NCBI GenBank assembly: GCA_963744715.1
Contig: CAVUUR010000011.1
Location: 1-64,000 of the forward strand
Source of the DNA: an uncultured bacterium
Lineage (GTDB): Bacteria > Babelota > Babeliae > Babelales > JACPOV01
Direction: 5' to 3'
DNA length: 64,000 nucleotides
The first letter of the stretch is position 1; the number at the start of each line of letters is the position of its first letter. The notes beneath the pieces are model-generated. The model saw only the letters and a program-made list of their open reading frames with translations. It searched no databases and had not been told where the DNA came from. The position numbers were made by a program, and so were the translations under genes. Positions 20,270 to 29,999 of the stretch are shown here, piece after piece.

Positions 20270-21142
20270 ATGATTATTAAATCTGGTTTTTCTAATATAA
20301 TTTCTATTATTATGCTTATTCTTTTTTTATGTATGAGCATGGTTGCTGTATTGCTGGTTATGGAATATCGTTTTTTTGCCGATAAAACGAGGCAGATTCT
20401 TGCATTAAGACAAACATATGAAGATTATATAACCTGTTATAAAAATCTTATCCATGAGTATCATGTTCTTAAAGATCAAAAAAAAGAACCGACCGATCAG
20501 CGTATAGGCCAAGAAATGTTACCTGCAACTTCATGGTACGTTAATCGCGATTATACGTATTTAACATCATCTGCATTATTATATGCAAAAGACTATAATC
20601 TTGAGCACGCTTTAAAAAAGTTATATGAATTTTCTGATGGAGCCGATTACTCTATAGAACATTTATTAACTAAACAAAATCAGAGAAGAATAGTTAGTAA
20701 AGATTTAGTTTCTAAATTGCCGGTTATTTCGCATGTGCCAGTAAAAAGTTCTTTTTTAAAGTGGCCAATTGACCGAGCTCTTTTTTGGATAAGCTCTAAA
20801 TTTGGGCCTCGTGGCTCTAAATTTCATTATGGTATTGATATGGCTGCATTTACGGGAACTCCTGTCAAAGCATCGGCGGACGGTATTGTTGCTGAAGTTT
20901 CCGATTCAAAAAAAGGTTATGGCAAAACCATTGTTATTGCCCACAAAAATAATTTAAGAACGAGATATGCACATTTATCGGCAATTGTTGTTCGGTATAT
21001 TGGTCAACGTGTTTGCGAAGGGGAAATAATAGGGCATGTGGGTAACACGGGCCTTGTTAAGGGAAAATATGATGCTTCGCATTTACATTTTGAAGTAAAA
21101 GAATTAGGTAAACACATCAATCCATTATTAGTATTAACGTAA
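20270..21142 (+). CDS. M23 family metallopeptidase
   Basis: HYGID, TRYAHL, HLHFE motifs. Confidence 0.92.
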   Translation: MIIKSGFSNIISIIMLILFLCMSMVAVLLVMEYRFFADKTRQILALRQTYEDYITCYKNLIHEYHVLKDQKKEPTDQRIGQEMLPATSWYVNRDYTYLTSSALLYAKDYNLEHALKKLYEFSDGADYSIEHLLTKQNQRRIVSKDLVSKLPVISHVPVKSSFLKWPIDRALFWISSKFGPRGSKFHYGIDMAAFTGTPVKASADGIVAEVSDSKKGYGKTIVIAHKNNLRTRYAHLSAIVVRYIGQRVCEGEIIGHVGNTGLVKGKYDASHLHFEVKELGKHINPLLVLT

Positions 21143-21156
21143 TACAAAGGACTTAT

Positions 21157-22032
21157 ATGAATGTTATACAAAACATTAGGGCATGGGTGAATCGACCAAA
21201 TAAATCGACCATTGCTCAATACGTTGAAACATTAGTTGTTATTTTGCCGTTGGCATTTGTTATTAGAACGTTTTTTTATGGGTTATATCAAGTGCCGACT
21301 GGTTCTATGGAAGTTACCATGTTAACGGGGGAGCGTTTTTTTGCCGACAAATTTAGTATCTGGTTTTATCCGCCACAACGGGGTGATATTATAGCATTTA
21401 ATGCACCAACGTTTTCGTATTCAGATAACACAATTAAGCGGTTAATTGAACAGTATGTATGGGGACCTGAAAATTGGACAAAACGCGTTATTGCTATTCC
21501 CGGTGATCATATTAAAGGTGTTATCGAAGACGGTAAACCGGTGGTATATCTTAATGGAGAAAAATTGGAAGAACCATATATTAATCAGTATCCGCTCATT
21601 TCGGTATATCGTGAAGGAATAATGCCTCCATGGGTTCCACGTTCTTATGATCCACAAATTTCGTATGAACAGCAACCATTTTATAGCATGAGTGAACATG
21701 ATGTTGAACGGGCAAAAAGAATTTTGCGCTATTACGGCGAACAATCAATCCGTTATCCATATACGCCCGTACAATGTCAAGGGCGTACGGTCGATGAATA
21801 TGATATTACCTTAGGAGAACATCAATATTGGGTAATGGGAGATAATCGTCAGGGAAGTAATGACTCTCGTTTTTGGGGAGCTTTAGATGGTTCACTTATT
21901 CATGGCAAAATAACATTTAGGTTAATTTCTATCGATAGTAATGATTCGTGGTTAGTATTAGATATTATTAAACATCCTATTAGTTTCTGGAGTCGTGTGC
22001 GTTGGAGTCGTTTTTTTCAACGAGTTTATTAA
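21157..22032 (+). CDS. lepB: Signal peptidase I
   Basis: PTGSM, RGDII, KRVIAIPGD, GDNRQGSNDSRFWG. Confidence 0.95.
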   Translation: MNVIQNIRAWVNRPNKSTIAQYVETLVVILPLAFVIRTFFYGLYQVPTGSMEVTMLTGERFFADKFSIWFYPPQRGDIIAFNAPTFSYSDNTIKRLIEQYVWGPENWTKRVIAIPGDHIKGVIEDGKPVVYLNGEKLEEPYINQYPLISVYREGIMPPWVPRSYDPQISYEQQPFYSMSEHDVERAKRILRYYGEQSIRYPYTPVQCQGRTVDEYDITLGEHQYWVMGDNRQGSNDSRFWGALDGSLIHGKITFRLISIDSNDSWLVLDIIKHPISFWSRVRWSRFFQRVY

Positions 22033-22112
22033 GAAATAGTTGCATCATTGGCAAATTTTGGTACATTTAATGTTACTTGTGCTGAATTAAAAAAAGAATG
22101 TGTAAAGGAGTC

Positions 22113-22652
22113 ATGATGATTGAGTATAAATATGAAAAGTTAGTTTTAATTACACTCACCTTGGGAATGGTTATTCTAAGCGGGTGTAATTGGTTAGGTC
22201 CAAAAAAAGAAGAGCGAGAACTTGTTCTTGTCAATGTTCTTGATAAAGAATATTTTGATGATTGCCATATTGATATTCATCATGATGCAATGAGTGATAG
22301 TAAAACCGTTGAATCCATTAATGTTCCTTTTGAGCAATTGGAAAATTATGCTCAAGAACATTGGAATAAAGAATCAACGAACATTGTAATATATTGCGCA
22401 AATTATAAATGTTTGGCAAGTTCAGAAGGAGCGCGCAATTTAAAGAAGCTTGGATTTGCTCATGTGTGGGCTTATGAGGGCGGAACTGCAGAATGGAAGC
22501 ACATGGGATATCCGGTTAAAGGTGCTTGTACAAAAAGTTATTTAACCGATTTTGAAAAACCTGCGCAGGAAAAAACAGTAGAAGGGGTTAATGTATTGTC
22601 AGCAGAAGAGTTGAAAAAAATGATTGAGGAATACACGGCAACGTGCTGTTAA
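22113..22652 (+). CDS. Rhodanese-like lipoprotein
   Basis: Lipobox LSGC; VIYC active-site loop; YEGGTAEW. Confidence 0.8.
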   Translation: MMIEYKYEKLVLITLTLGMVILSGCNWLGPKKEERELVLVNVLDKEYFDDCHIDIHHDAMSDSKTVESINVPFEQLENYAQEHWNKESTNIVIYCANYKCLASSEGARNLKKLGFAHVWAYEGGTAEWKHMGYPVKGACTKSYLTDFEKPAQEKTVEGVNVLSAEELKKMIEEYTATCC

Positions 22653-22688
22653 TAACATTGCTTGGATAATTAAAAACAAGTAATTTAT

Positions 22689-22762
22689 GGCGGCATAGCC
22701 AAGTGGTAAGGCAAGGGTCTGCAAAACCCTGATCCCCGGTTCGAATCCGGGTGCCGCCTCCA
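22689..22762 (+). tRNA. tRNA-Cys(GCA)
   Basis: GGCGGCA/TGCCGCC acceptor stem, anticodon loop CTGCAAA, GGTTCGAATCC, encoded CCA. Confidence 0.97.
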
Positions 22763-22794
22763 AAAATGTAAAAAAGTTTAGTAGTTAGGTAGTG

Positions 22795-22882
22795 GCCGGG
22801 ATGGCGAAATTGGTAGACGCAAAGGACTTAAAATCCTTCGGGGTTAATCCCCGTGCCGGTTCGAGTCCGGCTCTCGGCACCA
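22795..22882 (+). tRNA. tRNA-Leu(TAA)
   Basis: Anticodon loop CTTAAAA, long variable arm, GGTTCGAGTCC, encoded CCA. Confidence 0.97.
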
Positions 22883-23051
22883 ATCTTTGAAAGGTTAGGA
22901 AGTTTGATAGCATTTTTTTCGTTTAATTATTTAGAGGGAAAAAATAAAAAAGTTCTTGACAAAACTTATTTACATATTATTGTACGATGTAGTACTAGTT
23001 TTGTTTGCCGTTATATTATTTAAATAAAGCCTATTAGTAAAAGGAAGGCAA

Positions 23052-23324
23052 ATGAATAAAGCGATGGTTGTTGAACATATGTCTAAAGTGACTAAGGAAT
23101 CAAAAGCAACATGCAAAAGATGTTTAGAAGCAGTTATGGATGTAGTCAGCGAAGCGCTGAAAAAAAACAAACCAGTAGTGTTTACTGGATTTGGTACATT
23201 CTCTGTTTTGAAAAGGAAAGCTCGCGTAGGGGTTAATCCTGCTACCGGTGAGAAAATGCAAATTTCCGCTAAAAAAGTTCCTAAATTCAAAGCAGGAAAA
23301 GCTCTTAAGGAAAAAGTTTCTTAA
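23052..23324 (+). CDS. hup: DNA-binding protein HU
   Basis: MNK..., GFGTF, RVGVNPATGE, PKFKAGKALKE. Confidence 0.95.
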   Translation: MNKAMVVEHMSKVTKESKATCKRCLEAVMDVVSEALKKNKPVVFTGFGTFSVLKRKARVGVNPATGEKMQISAKKVPKFKAGKALKEKVS

Positions 23325-23345
23325 GATAGCATCTTTATGTAAATC

Positions 23346-23380
23346 AAAGGAGATACTCATTTTTGAGTATCTCCTTTTTT
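23346..23380 (+). terminator. Rho-independent terminator
   Basis: AAAGGAGATACTC-ATTTTT-GAGTATCTCCTTTTTT. Confidence 0.88.
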
Positions 23381-23460
23381 ATTAATACAAATTATTGAAA
23401 ATAATATAAAAAAAATACTATAGTTAAGATATATACAAAGATATATGGTAGGAGATAACA

Positions 23461-23847
23461 ATGTTTATGGCTGCTGAGCAAGCTCAAAATTGGTTCGAAA
23501 AAGCAAAAGTTAAAGTAGAAGAAACCTTTAATCAACTTAATCTTTCTAATTCGTCTATGACCGAATTAGGAATTGCGTTAGGTATAGGTTTTGTTGTTGG
23601 TTTTTTTCTAAAAAAAATGGGCAGACCAGTTATTATTCTTTTACTTGTGATGGCATTGGGGTTAATTGCATTGCAATATGCGGGTGTTATAACTATTGAC
23701 TGGTTAAAGATACGAACTGTTTTCGGCATGACTGCAACGGAACAGTTAAATGAGATTGCACAATCTTGGTATGCCTGGGGAAAAGTTCATCTTATGATGG
23801 TTATTTCTGGTGTTGTAGGGTTTTTGATTGGTTATAATATTGGATAA
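23461..23847 (+). CDS. FUN14-family membrane protein
   Basis: LGIGFVVGFFLKK, LQYAGVITIDW, GFLIG. Confidence 0.8.
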   Translation: MFMAAEQAQNWFEKAKVKVEETFNQLNLSNSSMTELGIALGIGFVVGFFLKKMGRPVIILLLVMALGLIALQYAGVITIDWLKIRTVFGMTATEQLNEIAQSWYAWGKVHLMMVISGVVGFLIGYNIG

Positions 23848-24095
23848 TTCTGATCCAAGAATATTATGTTAATGGTGTTATCTAATAGTCTATAATTGCT
23901 AATGTAATAAAGAGTTTTTGACAGCGAACTTAATCCTCTCGGCATAAGAATGCATTTTTGATGTTAAACTATGTTGAGATTCTCGCGTGATACGTTGATT
24001 GCATAGTTGTTTTTTGACTTGTGAAAGACAATCAACTAGTATTGATGCTAGCGTGTAGTAGTAAGATTTAATTGGCTATGGTAGAAAGACTTTTT

Positions 24096-24632
24096 ATGAA
24101 AAAAACGGAGACATTTGTAGAAGCATTAGCAACTATTCTGCATAAACAAAATGTAATTAGTACTGATGAAGCGCAGGCAATTAAAAAAGTTTTTTATGAA
24201 CGATCACAAGAAGCGTTTGATGATTTTTTATTGAGTGAGGGATTATTAACCCGTCCAGTTTTATTGAATGCATTAAGCGAATATTATCATGTTCCAGCAT
24301 TCGATGTTGAAGGTTATTTTTTTGACCACCATTTATTACGTGAATTTCCAAAAGATTTTTTGTTGCGCAATGAAATAATTCCGTTAGAACGTGATGAAAA
24401 TACATTAATTATGATTGCCAGCCATCCCAATGATGACGATTTGTTGCCAGAAATAGGTAAAATTGTTTCCTATGACATTGAATATATGGTTGGTATTTCG
24501 CAAGATATTACCGATGCGGTTGAAGAATTTTATGATAAATCACCGAGTGAAGTATCCGAAGATGATGATTTGGATCGTGAGCATGAAGAAGCTGAACAAG
24601 CAGAAGAGTTAATTGAAGAAAAAGAAGATTGA
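24096..24632 (+). CDS. Stand-alone GspE/PilB N-terminal domain protein
   Basis: Degenerate MshEN-like helices, ALSEYYHVP, IIPL, ASHPND; acidic tail; directly upstream of the ATPase. Confidence 0.75.
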   Translation: MKKTETFVEALATILHKQNVISTDEAQAIKKVFYERSQEAFDDFLLSEGLLTRPVLLNALSEYYHVPAFDVEGYFFDHHLLREFPKDFLLRNEIIPLERDENTLIMIASHPNDDDLLPEIGKIVSYDIEYMVGISQDITDAVEEFYDKSPSEVSEDDDLDREHEEAEQAEELIEEKED

Positions 24633-24639
24633 GTTTGGT

Positions 24640-25809
24640 ATGGCAGAACTTGAACACGAATTATCGGTCATAGAACTCGTTGACACTATTATTGCTAAAG
24701 CTATAACCTGTAACGCTTCCGATATACATTTAGAGCCAACACCGTATGAATTGCGATTGCGCTATCGCATCGATGGAGTTTTATATGAACAAAAACCGAT
24801 TATTGTAGCTCTTTTGCCGCAAGTTATATCCCGTATAAAAATTATTGCACAATGTGATATTGCAGAAAAAAGAGTTCCGCAAGATGGCAAACTTGTTGTT
24901 ACCATGGGCAGCAAAAATATTGATTTGCGTGTTTCTACCTTTCCTACCATCTATGGACAAAAAATTGTTATTCGTATTTTGGATCGTTCTCACACCATGA
25001 TGTCCCTTGATCATCTGGGATTATCAGCAACCTTATACAATACCTGTAAACAATTGTTGCGCAAACAACAAGGATTTTTTTTGGTTACCGGGCCAACGGG
25101 ATCCGGAAAAACAACAACCTTATACGCAGCGCTTTGTTTAATTAATACTCCTGAAAAAAATATTATCACGCTGGAAGATCCGGTAGAATATAATGTAACC
25201 GGTATTACGCAAGGGCAAATTCATGCCGATGCTGGATTTACGTTTGCTCGCGGTGTGCGTGCGATGTTACGGCAAGATCCTGATGTGATTATGATTGGTG
25301 AAATTCGTGATAAAGAAACGGCAGGCATTGCCATTGAATCGGCATTGACCGGACATTTAGTATTAAGCACCTTGCATACTAATAACGCCCCGGGAGCGAT
25401 CATGCGGCTTATGGATATGGGTATTGAACCATTTTTATTAAATGCTGCCATTACTGGCGTTATTGCGCAGCGCCTCGTGCGTAAAATTTGCCAGCATTGC
25501 CGTATTGAAGATCTGCCAACCGCATTGGAACAAGAATTTTTAGAACAAATTGATTTGCCGCTCGCCCGTATTATACGCAATAAAGGATGCGAGCATTGTT
25601 TTAATCTTGGGTATAAAGGTAGAATTGGTATTTTTGAACTGATTGTTATGAGTAGTGAGTTGCGAGCACTTATTGTGCAACAACCGATCTTTGATGATAT
25701 TTATGCACAAGCACTTGATGATGGCATGCATACGTTGCTTGATGATGCTAAAGAAAAAGTTATCAGCGGTATTATTTCGCTGGAAGAACTCATGCGTGTT
25801 TTGGTATAA
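24640..25809 (+). CDS. GspE/PilB family secretion/pilus ATPase
   Basis: ASDIHLEP, PQDG, GPTGSGKTTTLY, LEDPVE, RQDPDVIMIGEIRD, TGHLVLSTLH, CxxC...CxxC. Confidence 0.95.
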   Translation: MAELEHELSVIELVDTIIAKAITCNASDIHLEPTPYELRLRYRIDGVLYEQKPIIVALLPQVISRIKIIAQCDIAEKRVPQDGKLVVTMGSKNIDLRVSTFPTIYGQKIVIRILDRSHTMMSLDHLGLSATLYNTCKQLLRKQQGFFLVTGPTGSGKTTTLYAALCLINTPEKNIITLEDPVEYNVTGITQGQIHADAGFTFARGVRAMLRQDPDVIMIGEIRDKETAGIAIESALTGHLVLSTLHTNNAPGAIMRLMDMGIEPFLLNAAITGVIAQRLVRKICQHCRIEDLPTALEQEFLEQIDLPLARIIRNKGCEHCFNLGYKGRIGIFELIVMSSELRALIVQQPIFDDIYAQALDDGMHTLLDDAKEKVISGIISLEELMRVLV

Positions 25810-25812
25810 AAT

Positions 25813-25842
25813 AAAAATGCCAGCGAATGTGCCGGCATTTTT
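25813..25842. terminator. Bidirectional terminator between convergent genes
   Basis: AAAAATGCC...GGCATTTTT hairpin. Confidence 0.65.
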
Positions 25843-25888
25843 GAATTTCGTAAAAACTTATTGTTTTATTTAGGCATATTTTTTTGTA

Positions 25889-26968
25889 CTACTGTTTCGT
25901 TGTTGCTTGAGTAACAATATTTTGAGCAGATGGTGAACTAGCAAATGCCACACTGAGTTTAGTTAAAAAATCAGCTACTGGTTGTTTAATCCATGCGCCA
26001 AATCCTGTTCCAATACAAGCCCCTGAAAAGAAAATGATGCCGATTCCTGTGAAAGTTTTTGGAAGAAACCATCTATTTTTTGTGACTCCGAGGTCATTTT
26101 CAGTAGTACTACCACCACCAGTAGCTCTTTCGGTTTGAATTTTATCTTTCATATATTTAATCATTTCTGGTTTATATTCTTCATAGATAGATTGTCTTAT
26201 AACCTGAATTCCAGTAATTTTTTTAATTTGTTCTTTTGTAAGTCTATCTTTTTCTTCTTTTGATTCAGCAGATGTTATCAAAAAGTCTATAAATCCAGGT
26301 GTATAATAAGCATATCCATTATGTTGTTTTAATATCGGATCTATAAGGTCATTAAGATCTAATTTATTATTACCGCATTGTTGACGACCTGTTTTGAGGC
26401 TAATGGCCCATGAGCACATTAAGTTTTTTATCGTATCTCGATTATTGGTATCATATTGATGGGTTCCAAGTGATATATCTGCTACGCTGGCTAATTCGGT
26501 GCTATTTATTATACCAGTCATTTCGGTTGATACACTTTTAAATTGTGCCGGTGAACTTGAGTAAATAGAGGTAGCCATGATGTTGCTCATGCCCATTTCT
26601 ATCGTATTTAAGGCGCTGGGGTTCTTTTGAAAAATTTCTTGGGAACTTCTATGTTGTAGCGTTGTCCCTGAGCCGCTTAACTTTGTTTTTTGATTTGGTG
26701 CTGGCTGTTCCTTGCCCATGAAATCTGTGTAGCCAGAGTGATTTATTAGTGGCTGTTGAAATTGATTACTCCCACTTGGTGTTATTGAATTAAAATTTTG
26801 CTTAGCTGGGACGCTTAACGTTGTTTGTTCTTCCGTAAAATCTGTGTAACCAGAGCTTAGCGGTATTAGTTGTTTTTGCTGCTGATCAACGGTTGCTAGT
26901 TGTTGTTCCATCGCCTTTATTTCTATAGCCGTAATAACAATAAAAGTTATCAATATCTTTCTATTCAC
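25889..26968 (-). CDS. Exported hypothetical protein with a repeated SGYTDF motif and C-terminal TM segment
   Basis: GTG start with AAGGTG RBS; signal peptide ends IKA-MEQ; Gly-rich hydrophobic C-terminal helix. Confidence 0.75.
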   Translation of the reverse strand: MNRKILITFIVITAIEIKAMEQQLATVDQQQKQLIPLSSGYTDFTEEQTTLSVPAKQNFNSITPSGSNQFQQPLINHSGYTDFMGKEQPAPNQKTKLSGSGTTLQHRSSQEIFQKNPSALNTIEMGMSNIMATSIYSSSPAQFKSVSTEMTGIINSTELASVADISLGTHQYDTNNRDTIKNLMCSWAISLKTGRQQCGNNKLDLNDLIDPILKQHNGYAYYTPGFIDFLITSAESKEEKDRLTKEQIKKITGIQVIRQSIYEEYKPEMIKYMKDKIQTERATGGGSTTENDLGVTKNRWFLPKTFTGIGIIFFSGACIGTGFGAWIKQPVADFLTKLSVAFASSPSAQNIVTQATTKQ

Positions 26969-27017
26969 AGTTACACCTTTCAATGTGTACTTATTTTTTA
27001 AATTCTCTGTTTTGTTG

Positions 27018-27200
27018 CCACTGTTTCATTTTAGTTTTTCTTGTTCTTTTGTCAAACTTATGCGATTATCATAATAGCATTGTCATTGATATAGCAATAA
27101 AAAACATCGTTATTTTGCTAGAAATTATGTAATAATACCTAATGGGAAAATATTTAAAAGTTTTTTTGAGGATGTATGATTATGAATATGATACTAGTGA
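27018..27200 (+). repeat. Duplicated upstream/5' region, copy 1 (copy 2 at ~28560-28746; partial copy at ~29940-30035)
   Basis: Shared TTTAGTTTTTCTTGTTCTTTTGTCAAA...TGTCATTGAT...TTATTTTGCTA...AGGATGTATGAT(T/C)ATGAATATG. Confidence 0.85.
27028..27055 (-). promoter_or_regulatory. Sigma70-like promoter
   Basis: TTGACA-N16-TAAAAT upstream of the gene starting at 26968. Confidence 0.5.
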
Positions 27201-28336
27201 TAGTGGCAACTATAATGTGCATGAGTGATGTGTATAGTATGGAACAAGGATATCTACCTACAGAAAAACATATAACAAAGCGAGATTATGCTGAAGCCCA
27301 AACTACTGATAGGCAAAAAAAACATAAGAATGTGAAAAAGAATACTAATTCGCTCCATTATAAAGTGGCCTGTGATCATGCAGATTGTGATGAAGTTATG
27401 TATGCAAGGAAAGCGTCCAGTAATAGCCTAAAAGCGTTAGAAGGTTTATATGGATTATTTCGTGTGCATAACCGTGAAGATCATGATTTAGCCATTGAAG
27501 ATAATAAAAAAGAGTATGTATATCAAAGCCACTGGACAGTTTCTGAGGAGCAAATTAAAGAAAAGTATGCGTATATGCAATGTGAAGGTTGCTCCGAAAT
27601 ATTTTGTTGTCTTGATTCGTGTAATGTGGACAATAAAAAAGAAAATAATTTAATAATGAGATTTAAAACACATCTTAATACATGTAAAAACAAGAATACT
27701 AATCAGCAAGAGAAATTACGCAATCAAAGCAAGGGTGAGGCATTCAAGGACATAATACCGATAAACAATATAAAAAACGAAGTGCCTACATTTGAATCAA
27801 CGTGTTCTGCTGACAATTGTGATTTTTCTTTTGATTCAATTGAGTCTGAACATGTAGAAAACATAATGAAAAAACATATACGGTTCGCGCATGGCAATAT
27901 TATAGAAAAGCCAGTAATTACAGAGGCTAGAAAAAAAATAGCCGAATTAGTAGATAAGATGTGTCTAGTAATGTGCATAGAGCCACGATGCAATTTTATA
28001 ATGAATTCAGAAAAAAATGATACAAACAACCTGCGCAGGTTGTTTTATCAACATATAAAGGCAGAGCACTTTTTTGTCGGATTAGATGGTATTGATACGT
28101 ATATTAGAACAAGAATAGTAAGAAAACCTTATGAACAATATGAGAAGGATATAAAAAATATACAGAGTTCTGCGTTACAGTGCGAAAAATGTCGTCTGGC
28201 GATTACAAAACCAAGTAATGTGCACAAAGAACTATTTGACAAAAAACACATATTTTTACATAAGAAAAAAAATCAACTTGTTGGCGATGATCTAGCCATT
28301 ATTGCTGCAGAAGTCTTGGGTTGCCAATTTGAATGA
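27176..28336 (+). CDS. Exported multi-zinc-finger protein, paralog 1
   Basis: Signal peptide, basic patch RQKKHKNVKK, five Cx2-4C...Hx3-4(H/C) motifs. Confidence 0.75.
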   Translation: MIMNMILVIVATIMCMSDVYSMEQGYLPTEKHITKRDYAEAQTTDRQKKHKNVKKNTNSLHYKVACDHADCDEVMYARKASSNSLKALEGLYGLFRVHNREDHDLAIEDNKKEYVYQSHWTVSEEQIKEKYAYMQCEGCSEIFCCLDSCNVDNKKENNLIMRFKTHLNTCKNKNTNQQEKLRNQSKGEAFKDIIPINNIKNEVPTFESTCSADNCDFSFDSIESEHVENIMKKHIRFAHGNIIEKPVITEARKKIAELVDKMCLVMCIEPRCNFIMNSEKNDTNNLRRLFYQHIKAEHFFVGLDGIDTYIRTRIVRKPYEQYEKDIKNIQSSALQCEKCRLAITKPSNVHKELFDKKHIFLHKKKNQLVGDDLAIIAAEVLGCQFE

Positions 28337-28721
28337 GCCTAAGCTGGGCAAACATAGTTTGTGCGTACCGCCACAGAAATTGTTTTAGCGCTTGTCTTAA
28401 AATTAATCAATTTTTGCATAACAACGTGGAATGCAATCTAATTTCCGTAATCATTTAGGACGTTTTCAAGAAAAATGATTAGATCAATCGAAAGAATTAA
28501 TGAATATAGGTAACCCATTACTAACGTTTGAATCGGGGTGCACCATTTGTGATTCTTGTCGTACTGTTTCCATTTAGTTTTTCTTGTTCTTTTGTCAAAT
28601 GTTACACTGGGCCTGCGGTAAAATTGTCATTGATCTATTGCTAAAAAAATGTTGTTATTTTGCTAAAAATTATATAATAATGCGTAATGCGAAAAAATAT
28701 TTAGAATTTTTTTAAGGATGT

Positions 28722-29882
28722 ATGATCATGAATATGCTGATAGTGCTGGTGGCAAGTATATTGTGCATGAGCGATATGTATGGTATGGAGCAAGGATATT
28801 TACCCACAGAAAAACGTACAATGAAGCGAGATCAAACTACTGATAAGTCAAAAAAACATAAAAAAGAAGAAGTAGCTGTGGCGATTAGTTATAGTGAGCC
28901 GTGCTATCATAAAGTTCTCTGTGATCAGAAAAATTGTGATCACGTTGTATTTTCACACAAAAAATCAAATAATAAGGAAAAAGGATTAAAAGGTTTATCT
29001 AAATTATTTAATAAGCATATTAAGAGTATTCACCACTTGCCCACGGCAGATGATAAAGAAAAGTATATAAACCAAACCCACTGGACGGTTTCTGGGCAGG
29101 AAATTAAAGAAAAGTATATGTATCTGCAATGTCAAGGTTGCTTCTCAGTATTCTGTTGTATCGATTCTTATAATATGAGTAATAAAAAACAAGGTGAGTT
29201 AATGAATAGATTTAAAACACATCTTAGTAATTGCGAAAATAAGGATACAGATCAGCAGAATAAATTATCAAAGAGAGGCAGATATGATGGATTGGGAGAT
29301 GTAATAACGCTAAACAATATAGAAAATGCGGTAAATGCATTTCAATCAAAGTGTACTGCTGCTGATTGTGGTTTTTCCTTTGATTCAATTGAGCGTGAGC
29401 ATGTAGAAAATATGATGGAAAAACATATACAGTTCGATCATAAAGGCGGTATTGAAATGCCTATTATCAAGGATGTGAAAAAAAAATTAATAGAATTATC
29501 AGATAAGGTACTTCTATTAATGTGTATGGTGCCGAAATGCAATAATATAACGATAGCAGGGAAAAATAATACGAAACAACTTCAGAATTTATTTGAAAGA
29601 CATATTAAAGACGATCACGTTGCCATATCGGCTGATATTACAAGTTATATTAGAACAAATACCGTAAAAAAAACTTATGGACAATATGAAATAGATCTTG
29701 CAGAAAAACTGAATTCCCCATTACAATGCCAAATATGTCAAGTGGGGCTTAAAGGGGAAACCAATAAAGTGCATAAAGAAATATTTGAAAAGAAGCATGC
29801 ATTTCTACATACTAGCGGGGATAAGACTCCTCTTGATGATCTTGTTACAGCCATCACACTTGCCGGATTGAGTGGGCTCTAA
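28722..29882 (+). CDS. Exported multi-zinc-finger protein, paralog 2
   Basis: Same length and Cys/His pattern as paralog 1; KSKKHKK patch. Confidence 0.75.
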   Translation: MIMNMLIVLVASILCMSDMYGMEQGYLPTEKRTMKRDQTTDKSKKHKKEEVAVAISYSEPCYHKVLCDQKNCDHVVFSHKKSNNKEKGLKGLSKLFNKHIKSIHHLPTADDKEKYINQTHWTVSGQEIKEKYMYLQCQGCFSVFCCIDSYNMSNKKQGELMNRFKTHLSNCENKDTDQQNKLSKRGRYDGLGDVITLNNIENAVNAFQSKCTAADCGFSFDSIEREHVENMMEKHIQFDHKGGIEMPIIKDVKKKLIELSDKVLLLMCMVPKCNNITIAGKNNTKQLQNLFERHIKDDHVAISADITSYIRTNTVKKTYGQYEIDLAEKLNSPLQCQICQVGLKGETNKVHKEIFEKKHAFLHTSGDKTPLDDLVTAITLAGLSGL

Positions 29883-29999
29883 TTTATATAGTACTTTTGC
29901 TCTTTGGTAAATGGTACTCCTTACTTGTGATAGTTAGTGTTTATTATTTTGAAAATTATTATACAATGTTCCACGTATAATAATTTTTTTTAAGGATGA

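Noticed and set aside
22689..22950. tRNA-anchored integrative element
   Set aside because: No integrase and no duplicated tRNA 3' end seen; flanking genes are housekeeping
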